Virus record (IMG/VR): IMGVR_UViG_3300026116_000037
Strand: one strand, 5' to 3'
Length of the DNA: 64,000 nt
Source of the DNA: an uncultured virus (IMG/VR IMGVR_UViG_3300026116_000037)
Lineage: Duplodnaviria > Heunggongvirae > Uroviricota > Caudoviricetes
Shown: piece after piece, positions 1 through 9,867 of the stretch
How positions within the stretch are numbered: the stretch's first letter is position 1
Layout of the letters: every line of letters starts with the position of its first letter
Notes under the pieces: model-generated
Told to the model about the DNA's origin: nothing
Databases searched by the model: none
The model's input: only the letters and a program-made list of their open reading frames with translations
Position numbers and translations under genes: made by a program

Positions 1-645
1 GTCGTTGACGCCTTTGATGAACGGGAAATGGATCTTCACGATCTTCTTGCTGAAGTCCTGATAGTCCTTCAGCATGTCCAGCGCCTCGCCCACGGGCATC
101 GCGGCGGGCATCCACTGGCGCCGAAACTCCTCGGAGACACTGTAAAGCGAGTAGTAAATCGTCGGCGTGATGAAACGGAACACGTCGCGCAACGACCGCT
201 TAAACGTGGTCGGCATGATCGTCGAGATGTTGAATTTGGAAGGGAGCCGCTCAGCGATCGCGAGCTGGCCCAGCTTGTTCAACAGCTCGTCCGCAGAATC
301 CAGGAAGTGCCGGTTAGCCAGCGGCTCGCCGCGCGCCATGAAGTTGAAGTGAACGAGGTCCGCGGGCGCGTTGTCCCGTTCGCGCTCGCGGCGGTAGTGC
401 CGGAAGACCTGGAGGGCCTGGCTCAAGAAGTCGTTGTGATCGGAGTCCGTGAAGCTCGTTTGGCCCGTGGCGGTGAGGTGGCAGAACGTGCACCCTCGAT
501 TGCACCCGGTCTGCGACGACAAGTAGCAGATGAAATACTCTCGGCACTTCCGAACGTATCGGCTTTCCAGGAACCCGACGAGCTGGTTTTCGACGAAGTT
601 GACTGAGCGATCTTCCGTCGAATTCAGGACCTTCAAGCCGTTCAC
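1..645 (-). CDS. RlmN/Cfr-like radical SAM enzyme (3' end runs off the window)
   Basis: Manual translation from GTG at 645 (GAGG upstream): LSSQTGCNRGCTFC (CxxxCxxC), FMARGEPLAN, ISTIMP, YSLYS...R..WMP, FIKGVND. These match the RlmN motif order. Absent from the ORF track because it has no stop in the window. Confidence 0.8.
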   Translation of the reverse strand, partial: MNGLKVLNSTEDRSVNFVENQLVGFLESRYVRKCREYFICYLSSQTGCNRGCTFCHLTATGQTSFTDSDHNDFLSQALQVFRHYRRERERDNAPADLVHFNFMARGEPLANRHFLDSADELLNKLGQLAIAERLPSKFNISTIMPTTFKRSLRDVFRFITPTIYYSLYSVSEEFRRQWMPAAMPVGEALDMLKDYQDFSKKIVKIHFPFIKGVND

Positions 646-735
646 GTTAGGCGCCTCGTCTCTTGGTTGGGTAGGAGGTCGGCGCGCCTCGGTCTCGGAT
701 TCACACCGCGGAGACCGAGACGCGCCGGAAGATCG

Positions 736-1188
736 TTAGCCCTTCGCCGCCTCGGCGTGAGCCGCGGCCGCGCCCTCGCCGTCGACGATATATTTGACCT
801 TCGTGAACGGCCGGTTGGCCTTGGTCATGATGTTGACCGCGCACGCGCGGACCATCTTGCCCTTGCACGGGTTCGCCGACGACACCATGAACTCGATCAC
901 CTCCTCGGTGATCTTGTCCTCGGTCACGGCGAGGACCGATTGCGCGAACTGCTTGATGTTGCCGAGCGCCGGCTCTTTGTCGAGAGTCACCATCCAGGAG
1001 ACCAGCGAACCCACGGCGCAGTCGACGTTGTTCGACTCCAGGATCTTGAATTCGGCTACGAAAGCGTCCTTCTTGGTCCGGGTCTGAAGGGACTTAACCG
1101 CCTCGATCTCCAGGCGATAAACGCCCGGTTTGAGGTAGTTGCCGCCCTCGCTATACTTCGCCTCGTTGATCTTGCCAAACAGACCCAT
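736..1188 (-). CDS. probable single-stranded DNA-binding (OB-fold) protein
   Basis: LKPGVYRLEIEAVK N-terminal strand pattern, 150 aa, replication-module context, AAGGAG SD. Confidence 0.5.
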   Translation of the reverse strand: MGLFGKINEAKYSEGGNYLKPGVYRLEIEAVKSLQTRTKKDAFVAEFKILESNNVDCAVGSLVSWMVTLDKEPALGNIKQFAQSVLAVTEDKITEEVIEFMVSSANPCKGKMVRACAVNIMTKANRPFTKVKYIVDGEGAAAAHAEAAKG

Positions 1189-1389
1189 AGCATTGCTCCT
1201 TTGTCTTCCGTTCGTTTTCTTGCAACGGGCTTAGCCCTCAAAGGAGCCGAGGCCCTCAACGGACCGGCTACAGCGCCGGTCCCAACACTTTAGAGCTTAA
1301 CTCTGCGGCCGCTCGCGTGGGGCCTATTTTTAAAGGAAAAGAGAGCCCGAATCGCGAGGGGCCGCGACGAGCAACGGGCCCGAACGCAA

Positions 1390-1420
1390 CAACGCCCGCG
1401 GTGGTTAGGCGCGGGCGTTG
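1390..1420 (-). terminator. hairpin downstream of RNR, probable intrinsic terminator
   Basis: 11-bp stem CAACGCCCGCG/CGCGGGCGTTG followed by TTGCGTT on the minus strand. Confidence 0.5.
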
Positions 1421-1446
1421 AACGAACGTAGCGGCTGGCGGCGTTC

Positions 1447-4203
1447 TCAGATCTCGCAAACCCCCGAGCGACACCGGCCCTCGGACGCTTCCGCCTTGGC
1501 CTCTTTGGCGAGCTTGACGGCCTCATCCAAGGAGATCGGCGTGAGTGGCTGATCCTCCCGGCTACCATCGGGGTAGACCGTGATTCCTTTCAGCTCGGGG
1601 AAGAACTCCATGTAGAGATCGGACAGCTCCTCGGCCGACGTACCTTGCGGCAAGTTGATCGTCTTGCTGCAAGCGTTGTCGAGGTGCTTTTGCGCCGCCG
1701 CCTGGATCTCGAAGTGGTTCCGCAGCGACAGATCGAAGGCACCTTGGAAGTGCTTCACCGAGCGGCCCTCGTCAATGAACCGCTTCAACAGCGGGTGGAT
1801 CACGATCTCTTCCCGAAGCGCGTCGCCGTCGCGGAACTTGCGCCGATAGGCGGGCGCAAACATAGGCTCGATCCCGGACGTCACGCCGGAAACCATAGAC
1901 GTGGTCCCCGTGGGCGCGATCGTGAGGAGGGCGCAGTTTCGGATCCCGTGCTCGCGGATCTGGGCCCGGAGCGTTGGCTTCAGGGTCTTCGCGAAGCCTC
2001 CGCGGAGGAACGGCTCGGCCTGGAACCTCGGGAAGGCGCCCTTCTCCTTGGACAGTTCGATCGACGCCTCGTAAGCGGCGACCTTGATAAAGCTCATCAC
2101 CTTCTCCACCATCTCTAGGCCGCGTGCGGAGCTGTACTTGAGACCCAGCAACAACAGCATGTCGTGGAGACCCATCACGCCGAGACCGATCCGGCGGATG
2201 TCGTTCGCCGTCGCCTGAATCGCCGGCAACGGGTAGTTGTTGACGGAGATGACGTTGTCCAGGAAGCGGACGGCCAGGCGCACAGCCGCGCGGAGCATCG
2301 GGAAATCCAGATCGCCGCCGTCAACCGGGTCCACGAACCGGGGGAGCACCAGCGCGCCCAGACAACACACGTCGTTCGCGATCAGCCCGATCTCGCCGCA
2401 GTTCGCTACGTGCAAACCACCGGTCCAATAGGTGTGCTCTGGATCGTCCACCGTGATCGAGTAGACCGGCATATCGCCCCGTTCTTCGACGTCGACGATT
2501 TCGTAGGACAGCTTCGGCGGCTTGCAGGACGGACCCCGAGAGAGAGTTTCGTCCAGACGCTCGGTCTTGTACTTCTGCACGAACCCTATGAGGTCGCGGA
2601 AGATCTTGCGGCACTCCGCCGTTCCGATGTTCAGATCGTAGCTCTCACGACATTCGTAAGAGCCGTTGGAGAAATCGACGACGTTCGCTTGATTCACGGT
2701 GTAGTAGGAGCGAATTCCCAGCGACGATAGCATGTGCTGCACGGTCTCAATGATCGGTAAGCTCGCCGCTTTCAGGGTCACGCGGCCGCCGGTGACCGAT
2801 CCGTTTGCCGAATATAGACCCCGCAAAAACCCCCGTACCTCACGCGCGCAGCCGCGCGCGAAGCGCTCCGGCACTCGACGCTCGAACGTCTTCGGCAACG
2901 GTCCCAGGGTCGTTCGAACTTCCCACGCCTTGGGCTTGAGCCCGTCTCTGTTAGCGCCGATCAGGTGCTTGATTTCGCTCGCATGGTAATCTTCGTCATT
3001 TTGCCCGATGATCAACACGGTCAAGTCATTGCTGGCCCAGTGCGTGGTTCCATCGCCCAGCACCATTCCATCCATGATGTCCTGAGGATCGAGCGCCGTT
3101 GCCTCCGGAGTCGGGCCGACGGCCCAATCGATCGTGGTCGCCTCGCCTACTGGGATCTTCGCGCCGTTCTGGAGCACCTTGTGATTCTCAGTCCCGAGGA
3201 ACTGTCCGGCACGGGTTCGGTACAGCTTGACCGGCTTGATCCCGGTCATCTCCTTACGGATGACCCTTGTCCATCGGCGCCCGGACCAAATCGTAGAGCC
3301 GACATCGATGTCCGCGAATCGTCGGACGCCTTCCGGTGTCAGGACGGTGGCGGTCGCCGGCTGACACGGGTTCGTGCACACGATCGGCGCGTGATAGGAA
3401 ATGTTGCTCATCTTGTTGAAGAGGTACCCGTTCAGCATTCCGGGCTCGCCGCTCTTCAGCGCGTTGGCTATGATCTTGTCCCAGATCTTCCGAGCCGGGA
3501 CCGATCCGATGATCTTGCCCCGGAACTTGAGATGGAGGTCCTCGCCCGCCTTGACCGCCGCGAAAAAGATCTCTGGGTTCTCGTCGAACCACACCGACAC
3601 GTTCGCGTTCGTGAGTTGCTTCAAGTCGAGTTTCTTGTCGAGGAACTCCTCAATGTCGCCGTGCGAGAGCCCGAGCGCGAACATCAGGGCCGTCCTTCGC
3701 CCACCGCCGGCCTTGATGACCTCGCCGGCCGCGTTGAGGATCTCGAAGAGGCTGACGGAGCCCGTCGCGTGGCCTCCGGTCCCCGAAATCGGCGTCCCGC
3801 GGGGACGGATCGGGGAGGCATTGACGCCGAGCCCTCCGCCGGTTCCGCAGATGACGATCATGTCGGAGGTCGTCTTGCCCCAGCCCTCGCGACTGTCGTC
3901 GGTGCCGATCACGAAACAATTCATGAGCTGCCCCTTCGGACGCCCCGAGCCGTACATGATGCGGCCGCCGGGCACGAAGAGATTCTTTCGGAGCAGCCCC
4001 GAGAACTCCTCGCGGTAGCGGATCACCAGCTCGCCGGATTCAGCGGTCGCGACGTGGGACCCGACGCGCTCGCACGCCTCCGTCCACGACTCGTCTCGGT
4101 GAAGGGCGTAGCGTTTCGAGAAGATCTCGGCCGCGAGGCCGGCCGGCGCGTAGTCGGGGACGGAGGCGAACGGATCGGGGCCGAGAGAGGCGGGAGTTTG
4201 CAC
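1447..4203 (-). CDS. nrdJ: class II (adenosylcobalamin) ribonucleotide reductase with intein
   Basis: FVPGGRI, NCFV, GGGRRTA, TNP[intein]CGEI, RRIGLGVMG, TIAPTGTTS, SKTIN, KGITVY motifs; no small subunit gene nearby. Confidence 0.9.
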   Translation of the reverse strand: MQTPASLGPDPFASVPDYAPAGLAAEIFSKRYALHRDESWTEACERVGSHVATAESGELVIRYREEFSGLLRKNLFVPGGRIMYGSGRPKGQLMNCFVIGTDDSREGWGKTTSDMIVICGTGGGLGVNASPIRPRGTPISGTGGHATGSVSLFEILNAAGEVIKAGGGRRTALMFALGLSHGDIEEFLDKKLDLKQLTNANVSVWFDENPEIFFAAVKAGEDLHLKFRGKIIGSVPARKIWDKIIANALKSGEPGMLNGYLFNKMSNISYHAPIVCTNPCQPATATVLTPEGVRRFADIDVGSTIWSGRRWTRVIRKEMTGIKPVKLYRTRAGQFLGTENHKVLQNGAKIPVGEATTIDWAVGPTPEATALDPQDIMDGMVLGDGTTHWASNDLTVLIIGQNDEDYHASEIKHLIGANRDGLKPKAWEVRTTLGPLPKTFERRVPERFARGCAREVRGFLRGLYSANGSVTGGRVTLKAASLPIIETVQHMLSSLGIRSYYTVNQANVVDFSNGSYECRESYDLNIGTAECRKIFRDLIGFVQKYKTERLDETLSRGPSCKPPKLSYEIVDVEERGDMPVYSITVDDPEHTYWTGGLHVANCGEIGLIANDVCCLGALVLPRFVDPVDGGDLDFPMLRAAVRLAVRFLDNVISVNNYPLPAIQATANDIRRIGLGVMGLHDMLLLLGLKYSSARGLEMVEKVMSFIKVAAYEASIELSKEKGAFPRFQAEPFLRGGFAKTLKPTLRAQIREHGIRNCALLTIAPTGTTSMVSGVTSGIEPMFAPAYRRKFRDGDALREEIVIHPLLKRFIDEGRSVKHFQGAFDLSLRNHFEIQAAAQKHLDNACSKTINLPQGTSAEELSDLYMEFFPELKGITVYPDGSREDQPLTPISLDEAVKLAKEAKAEASEGRCRSGVCEI
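2401..3366 (-). mobile_element. intein (322 aa) with LAGLIDADG homing endonuclease in the RNR active-site motif
   Basis: Starts CQPATATVLTPEG after TNP; block B TENHKV; GMVLGDG and FLRGLYSANG endonuclease blocks; ends VYSITVDDPEHTYWTGGLHVAN followed by extein C. Confidence 0.9.
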
Positions 4204-4239
4204 GGTTAGGCTCGTTTGGTGAAGGGTGGGAAAGGCGGG

Positions 4240-4935
4240 CTACGAGGCCGCCAGGGCGGCGGCCTTCTTCTTGGCCTTCAGGATCTTCGGATTCAGGTGC
4301 GGGTAACGTGCACGCGCGGCCTTGTTCCACGCCGCGATCTCGGCGGCCGGCGTGAGCGCCAAGGGCTCCCAGCGGCCGCGATACGCATTGTCGCCGTAAA
4401 CGAACCACGCGTATTCCGTGGCGTCGCCGCCCCATCCGGTGAAGCTCGGACGATTCGGCGACGTGAACAAACCCGGCCGCGTGCGATCCGTGAACTCCGC
4501 GCGCTCTGTCGCGCCTAGGAAGTTCTGCCGCAAGAGCCAGATCGATACCTTCGCGATCCGCTCGGCCGTCTCGATGAACTCTTGCGCGAGCGAATAGGGC
4601 GGGTTGCTGATGACGAAGCCAACCTCATGATCGCCGATCGACTTCGCCAGATCCATGAACGAGCCGATCGCGAAGCCCTTCAGCACGCCAGCCCCTACGA
4701 GCTTTTCCAGCGCGGGCCGGCACTCCTCGCGCAGCTCGAAACCGATCAGGATCAGATCGGGCCGGAGCTTGTGCAACTCCGTCAGAAGCTCGCCCTCAGC
4801 GCAGCACGGATCCAAAACGACCGCTCCCTTATCTATCGAGAGCGTATAGCGTTCCACAAACCGATCGACGGTCCACGTCGGGGTGATATACGCGTCTTCG
4901 GGTTCCCGCTCTGTGCCGCGGCCGGTTGCGCTCAT
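4240..4935 (-). CDS. DNA N6-adenine/N4-cytosine methyltransferase
   Basis: YITP, VLDPCCAEG (SAM motif I), ISNPPY (catalytic motif IV), RPSF, YAWFV. Confidence 0.8.
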   Translation of the reverse strand: MSATGRGTEREPEDAYITPTWTVDRFVERYTLSIDKGAVVLDPCCAEGELLTELHKLRPDLILIGFELREECRPALEKLVGAGVLKGFAIGSFMDLAKSIGDHEVGFVISNPPYSLAQEFIETAERIAKVSIWLLRQNFLGATERAEFTDRTRPGLFTSPNRPSFTGWGGDATEYAWFVYGDNAYRGRWEPLALTPAAEIAAWNKAARARYPHLNPKILKAKKKAAALAAS

Positions 4936-4981
4936 GCCTAAGAGCTTAACAAAAACTTATGCGCTTAGGTCTCCTTTTTCG

Positions 4982-5530
4982 TCAAACCTCCACGTGACCC
5001 CACGCGCGACCGGATCGAATCATGCGGACAAGCTTTCGCGAGACGCCAAAATGTTCCGCGATTCCGGACACGGTACCAACACCGGCGACGGCCAATCGCT
5101 TTAGTCTTGTCGCTTGGCGCAAGGTTAGCTTGTTGCTCCAATGCGCTTCGCCGCGAACCGTGCGGCCGTTTCGTACTTTGTCGGCGCCGTTATCTTTGGG
5201 CGTTCCCCACGCCACGTTTTCCGGCTTGTTGTTCGTCGGGTCGTCGTCAAGGTGTCGAACTAGGGAAGCGCCGTCGGGCCTGGGGCCGTGGAACGCTGCC
5301 GCTATCAATGCGTGGACGGAGCAGTAGACCGGCCGTCCGCGATTCCACAGAGCGACGCGAAGATACCGGCCACGTTTCGAAGGGGACAAAGCTCGAAGAG
5401 GTCCGTCAGTTCCTCCGCTTTGGGTGCGCGTCGAATATATCCGTCCATCGGCGCCGGCCAGATATCCAGGGACGTCGAGCGGTCGAAAATCCATCGTCAT
5501 CGCTTGAACAAGTCGCGCGTGCTTTTCCAC
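4982..5530 (-). CDS. HNH homing endonuclease (NUMOD4-like)
   Basis: YLAGADGRIYS, SVHALIAAAFHG, VRHLDDDPTNN...NVAWGTPKDN, C-terminal HTH. Confidence 0.85.
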   Translation of the reverse strand: MEKHARLVQAMTMDFRPLDVPGYLAGADGRIYSTRTQSGGTDGPLRALSPSKRGRYLRVALWNRGRPVYCSVHALIAAAFHGPRPDGASLVRHLDDDPTNNKPENVAWGTPKDNGADKVRNGRTVRGEAHWSNKLTLRQATRLKRLAVAGVGTVSGIAEHFGVSRKLVRMIRSGRAWGHVEV

Positions 5531-7839
5531 TCGATACCTTCGGACTCGATGTTGATCGACTCGCGACCGGCGAAGTCGAACGCCTTGTCTCCAAAGCCCA
5601 GCTTCTCGGCGAAGTTCAGCTTTTGGCGCTGACCCGTGGTGCTTTCGATATAGCAGGCGTCGCGCACCGAGTTCCTAAACGCGGCCTCGGTCTCCGTGGT
5701 GTGCACGAACACATCCACCGTCACCTCGTCCGCAAGCTGGCCCGGACGGTGCGTGCGGGCGATCAACTGTTCCATGTCGGCACCGCCCGGGATCGGGGTC
5801 GTGAGCAAGTTTTGGCAGAACGGTTGCAAATTCTTGCCAACCCCGTGGGCTTTGGCTGAGCAAATGATCACGGGCGTCGCCTGCGCGTCGACCTGGGTGA
5901 GCGCCTCGTTGGCCTTCGTGCCGGGGCCGAAGAACGGCCAACCCGTTGCGGCCGCCAGCCTCTCGCCAACCGTCGTGTGCAGGTACCAGACGATCGCGGG
6001 CGCGGCCTTGCTGGCGTTCTTCTCCGCCCACGCGATCGCGGCCTTGATGAGGAAGTCGTGGATCCACACCGCCTCACGCGGCGGCTCGGGGCGATCCTTC
6101 ACCGCTCGCCATCGGGCATAGGTCGTGCTCTCGTATTCGCCACGCTCGATAGCCGCAGCGATCAGCATCGGCGAATCCAGCCCCTTACGGCTCAGGCGCA
6201 GGATCTCGCGTACCTCGCGGTTCCATTCCTTCCGGGCGTCGAGCCATTCGACATCCGGAACCCCGTCGGGCCAGGCCCACCGATAATAGAAGCCGGCCGC
6301 CAGCTGGCGCGCGACGCGCGCGACGGCGAGCGCGTCCACCAGCTCTTCGCCCTGGATCTCCCAGCGCGCGCGGACATTCATGATCTCTTGCTGGATCTCG
6401 GCCGGCACCATCGGCCGAACCGCGTTGATGATCAGGGACGTCCCGATCGCGCTTTCGGCCGTGGCGACAACGCCAGGGGTCTCGACCAGCCGGCGACGGA
6501 ACGCCTCACGCACGACGTGCTGGACGTTCTCCATCACGTGCTCGTCTTCGTTCTCCCAAAGCTTCGCGACGTCTCCCAGCTCCTCGTCGGTGCAGAGCTG
6601 CAAGAGCGCGCCCGGTGGCATCGGGTCATCTGAGACGTCGAGGGCCTCGGCCCACTCGCCCAGCGTCGGGAAGTGGTTCGGGAGCGGGGAATTTTTCCGT
6701 AGGGCCAGCTCCGCGAGGTGCTGATAGTCTTTGAGGCTGCGGCGGGTCATCGTTCCCGAGAGGCCCACGAAACGACACTCCGGGTGATCTTTCATGTAGC
6801 GGAGGAAACGCTTCGTCCTAGCCGCCGTTCGGTAGCGTAGTGAATGTGCCTCGTCGGCCACGATCAGATCCGGCTTGATGTCTTCGAGGATGTCCGCGCT
6901 CGTCGCGCTCGAAATCTGGGAGTAAGCGACGACTCGGATCCGGGCGAGCGGGATTTGCCACTCTTTCGAGAGGCGTGGGATATCGACGTTGATCAGCTGC
7001 GCGCGCAGGGCCGGCGGCACGAGGATCACCGTCATCCTGGCATTGAGCGCCGAGCCCATGAGGAGGGAGGTCAAGGTCTTTCCCTGGCCTACGCCGAGGG
7101 CGCCGAACAGTCCGCCCGCGCGCCGCGCTTCGCCGAGCGCCGCCGACTGCACCGGCCAAAGACGCATCTTGCCCGGGGCTCCGGGCTTGCGAAACTCGTC
7201 GGTCAGATCCTCGGCCGTGTCAATGATCGGGGGCCGCCGCTCGATAGTCAGGATCCTCTTAAGCTCGTGCGAATCGCGCACGCCTTCACGGCGCTGCGCC
7301 TTGCCGACCTTGGACGCCTTTGTGAAGCTCGGCTCCTCGGGCAGCTCGAACAACGTGGCGAGAGAGACCCGTCCTTTCGGAAGGGGCTTGCGGTCTTTCT
7401 TCTTCCCGACCTTCTCGACGCCCTTGAAGAGCCCACCCGAGACGGGCCGGGAGACCTCGGAGAAGATCGACGGCCCTTCGAACGGCGCGCCCGCGGCGCC
7501 CTCGGGTGAGTCGAACCACCCGACCTTAGCGAGCGCCTCGGACGCGGCGGCGCGGATATCGATCGCCGCCGTCGCCGGGGCCGCCGTTCGGATTTCGGGA
7601 ACCACGAACGGCTCCGCCTTATTCGCTCGATACGCGGCGACCCCATCCGCTATCGCCTTTTCTCGGGCGGCCTTCTCGGCCTCGGTCTCCGTGCGAGGAG
7701 GGACAGGCGCGGGCGGCGGAGTCGCCTTCCTCATCATCTCGAAGAAAGCATCGGCTCCGGAGGAGGCCGGCTTCGACGCTGGTATAGGCGTCCCGGGGCG
7801 GACCTTGAACAAGGCCGCGAGTTCTTCGGATACGTTCAC
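5497..7839 (-). CDS. SF2 (SNF2/DEAH-like) helicase
   Basis: LWPVQ, GVGQGKT, DEAH, LSGT, EQLIARTHRPGQ. Confidence 0.85.
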   Translation of the reverse strand: MNVSEELAALFKVRPGTPIPASKPASSGADAFFEMMRKATPPPAPVPPRTETEAEKAAREKAIADGVAAYRANKAEPFVVPEIRTAAPATAAIDIRAAASEALAKVGWFDSPEGAAGAPFEGPSIFSEVSRPVSGGLFKGVEKVGKKKDRKPLPKGRVSLATLFELPEEPSFTKASKVGKAQRREGVRDSHELKRILTIERRPPIIDTAEDLTDEFRKPGAPGKMRLWPVQSAALGEARRAGGLFGALGVGQGKTLTSLLMGSALNARMTVILVPPALRAQLINVDIPRLSKEWQIPLARIRVVAYSQISSATSADILEDIKPDLIVADEAHSLRYRTAARTKRFLRYMKDHPECRFVGLSGTMTRRSLKDYQHLAELALRKNSPLPNHFPTLGEWAEALDVSDDPMPPGALLQLCTDEELGDVAKLWENEDEHVMENVQHVVREAFRRRLVETPGVVATAESAIGTSLIINAVRPMVPAEIQQEIMNVRARWEIQGEELVDALAVARVARQLAAGFYYRWAWPDGVPDVEWLDARKEWNREVREILRLSRKGLDSPMLIAAAIERGEYESTTYARWRAVKDRPEPPREAVWIHDFLIKAAIAWAEKNASKAAPAIVWYLHTTVGERLAAATGWPFFGPGTKANEALTQVDAQATPVIICSAKAHGVGKNLQPFCQNLLTTPIPGGADMEQLIARTHRPGQLADEVTVDVFVHTTETEAAFRNSVRDACYIESTTGQRQKLNFAEKLGFGDKAFDFAGRESINIESEGIEWKSTRDLFKR

Positions 7840-7864
7840 GGACCTTCTATCTTAACCGATTAAC

Positions 7865-8230
7865 TCAGCTCAGGGACGAATCGCCGTCGGGCTTTGCCGC
7901 GATCGAAAGAGAAACCCCGCCATCGTCGCCCTGCTCGATCACCAGCCGCTCGATTCGCTCGACCAGCTCCTCCGGGGTCACCTCGATCAGCTTCATGGAG
8001 CCGGCGCGCCGGACGAGCGCCGTCAGGATCATCACCATCATGTTCAAGCTGTTGAGGTGGTCTTGGGCGTGAACATCAGCCAGATGCAGGGCCATCAACA
8101 GATCGCGAATTCTCTCGACGTGCTCGGGCTGGGCCACTCCCTTCGCCCATTCCTCGGCCGCACGAAATTTGTCCTCGGTGTCCTTGCATTCGTCGATCTG
8201 CGCGCGCACGGATTCAATGGAGTCGGGCAT
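7865..8230 (-). CDS. hypothetical protein
   Basis: Packed between integrase and helicase on the coding strand. Confidence 0.6.
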   Translation of the reverse strand: MPDSIESVRAQIDECKDTEDKFRAAEEWAKGVAQPEHVERIRDLLMALHLADVHAQDHLNSLNMMVMILTALVRRAGSMKLIEVTPEELVERIERLVIEQGDDGGVSLSIAAKPDGDSSLS

Positions 8231-8238
8231 AGTGGGGG

Positions 8239-9408
8239 CTAGCCTTTCTTCGTAGGGGCGGGAGGGGAATCCAGAACGTTCAAAAGCTTATCGGACGCGT
8301 CCGGGGCGAGGTGCGCGTAACGCATCGTCATCGTGATCGAGGAGTGGCCTAGCCACTTCTGCACCCGCTGCATTGGGATCCCGCGCATGGCGCAATGGGA
8401 TCCGAAGGTGTGGCGGAGCGCGTGGGGGTGAACTACGCGGAGGCCGGCTGTCTGGAGCGCACCTTCCACGACGGTCTTCAGGTAGGCGCGCGAGAACGGG
8501 CGGCCGCTCAATGGGCCAACGAAGACGAAATCGGATCCCGCAACTACGCGGCGCGCGCGAAGCTCCTGCAAGGCGTCCGAGAGCTGAAGCGACATCGGAA
8601 CTTCTCGCGGACCCGTTTTGACGTCGACGAGTTTGGGCTCTTCCCCCGAGCGGTATCCGGGAATCAGTTGCCGATCGTATTGGATCGTGTTGCGCTCGAA
8701 GTGGACCCGATCCCACGTCAAACCCAGCAGCTCGCCCGCGCGCGGGCCGGTACGGATCGCCGTCAAAATCAAAGCGTAGGCGTTCCATGCCTCCGGCCCG
8801 GAGTTCGCGAGGAGCCGCTCGGCCTCTTCGAACGTGAGAAAGTCGAACTTCGCTTTCGGCACCTTCACCGACGGAAACTCCGGCATCGAATCCAACTCTC
8901 CCCACGAGACGGCCGAGCGCAGGATCCGACGAAGCGTCTGGAGCACCAGGGCCACGGTCCGAGGGGCGAGCGGCTTCTCCCCGCCGTCGAGGCGTCCGCT
9001 CGCGCTCATGTCCGCCGCCATGCGATCGATCACCTTGCTCGTGATCTGGGAGAGGAGGAAGCCGCGCTCCCGGGCCTCGGGCGTCGTGAAGGCCAGCTCT
9101 CGAAAGTAAGGGATAAGGCGCTTGCGCACGTGGTAGGTCTTGCTTTGGATCGTGGTGGGGCGGTTGTTGCGCGACGCGGGGAACGTGTCGAGCCAGGTCT
9201 CGGCGAACTCCTCGAAGGTCTTGACGACCTTCGGTGGGGCCGGCGCCCGGGATAACGCCTTTTGGCGGGCCCGCTCCATGTCTCGGCGCGCCTCGGTCTT
9301 GGTCGGCGCCGTGCCTGAGATCCGCTTCACCGACCCGTCATCGAGTCGGAATTGCCGGCGCCAGCGGTAAACCCCATACTTCGCGTCGTGCCTGATGTTC
9401 AAGGACAT
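8239..9408 (-). CDS. int: tyrosine recombinase / phage integrase
   Basis: TGPRAGELLGL, HALRHTF, WLGHSSITMTMRY (R-HxxR-H-Y); arm-binding-type N-terminus. Confidence 0.92.
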   Translation of the reverse strand: MSLNIRHDAKYGVYRWRRQFRLDDGSVKRISGTAPTKTEARRDMERARQKALSRAPAPPKVVKTFEEFAETWLDTFPASRNNRPTTIQSKTYHVRKRLIPYFRELAFTTPEARERGFLLSQITSKVIDRMAADMSASGRLDGGEKPLAPRTVALVLQTLRRILRSAVSWGELDSMPEFPSVKVPKAKFDFLTFEEAERLLANSGPEAWNAYALILTAIRTGPRAGELLGLTWDRVHFERNTIQYDRQLIPGYRSGEEPKLVDVKTGPREVPMSLQLSDALQELRARRVVAGSDFVFVGPLSGRPFSRAYLKTVVEGALQTAGLRVVHPHALRHTFGSHCAMRGIPMQRVQKWLGHSSITMTMRYAHLAPDASDKLLNVLDSPPAPTKKG

Positions 9409-9429
9409 CGGTGGATCCTCCAGTAAGCT

Positions 9430-9855
9430 TTAATACCCTACCGCAGGAAAGTGATCCGGAAGAACCGTCAGACCCAGCGCGCTAAGATCGTCGTCGGTCT
9501 TGCCGCTCGCCCAGCACCAACGGCGCTCGACGGTGCACGTTCCGGCCTTGTCCGCGATGCCAACCGCGACCACGTGCACTAGGTCGGCGCGCCCGGTCGC
9601 GGCGCCGATCCACTCTCGGAGGAGGAGACGCGCTCCGACGGCCACGTCTCGCACCGTCTCGTCGGTCGGGATCGGAATCTCGACGCGGAAGCGACCGCGG
9701 ATCTGTCGGGCCAGCTCAGGAGACATCCGACACGCCATCGCCTGGCGCGTGAGAACGGAAGAGGGTGCGGCCGGGGCATAGGTCGCGACGCCCTCGACTC
9801 CGCCTAGGGTGATCGTCTTGACCTCGGTCTTCAGACGGGCGGGTTTCTTTGCCAT
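9430..9855 (-). CDS. hypothetical protein
   Basis: Coding-strand ORF; TAACCT -10-like box 8 nt before ATG. Confidence 0.55.
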   Translation of the reverse strand: MAKKPARLKTEVKTITLGGVEGVATYAPAAPSSVLTRQAMACRMSPELARQIRGRFRVEIPIPTDETVRDVAVGARLLLREWIGAATGRADLVHVVAVGIADKAGTCTVERRWCWASGKTDDDLSALGLTVLPDHFPAVGY

Positions 9856-9867
9856 GTGGGTAAAGGT

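Noticed and set aside
28..606. Plus-strand 192-aa ORF and the many other long antisense ORFs in the track
   Set aside because: Shadow ORFs caused by high GC; the recognisable proteins are on the opposite strand (here the radical SAM enzyme)
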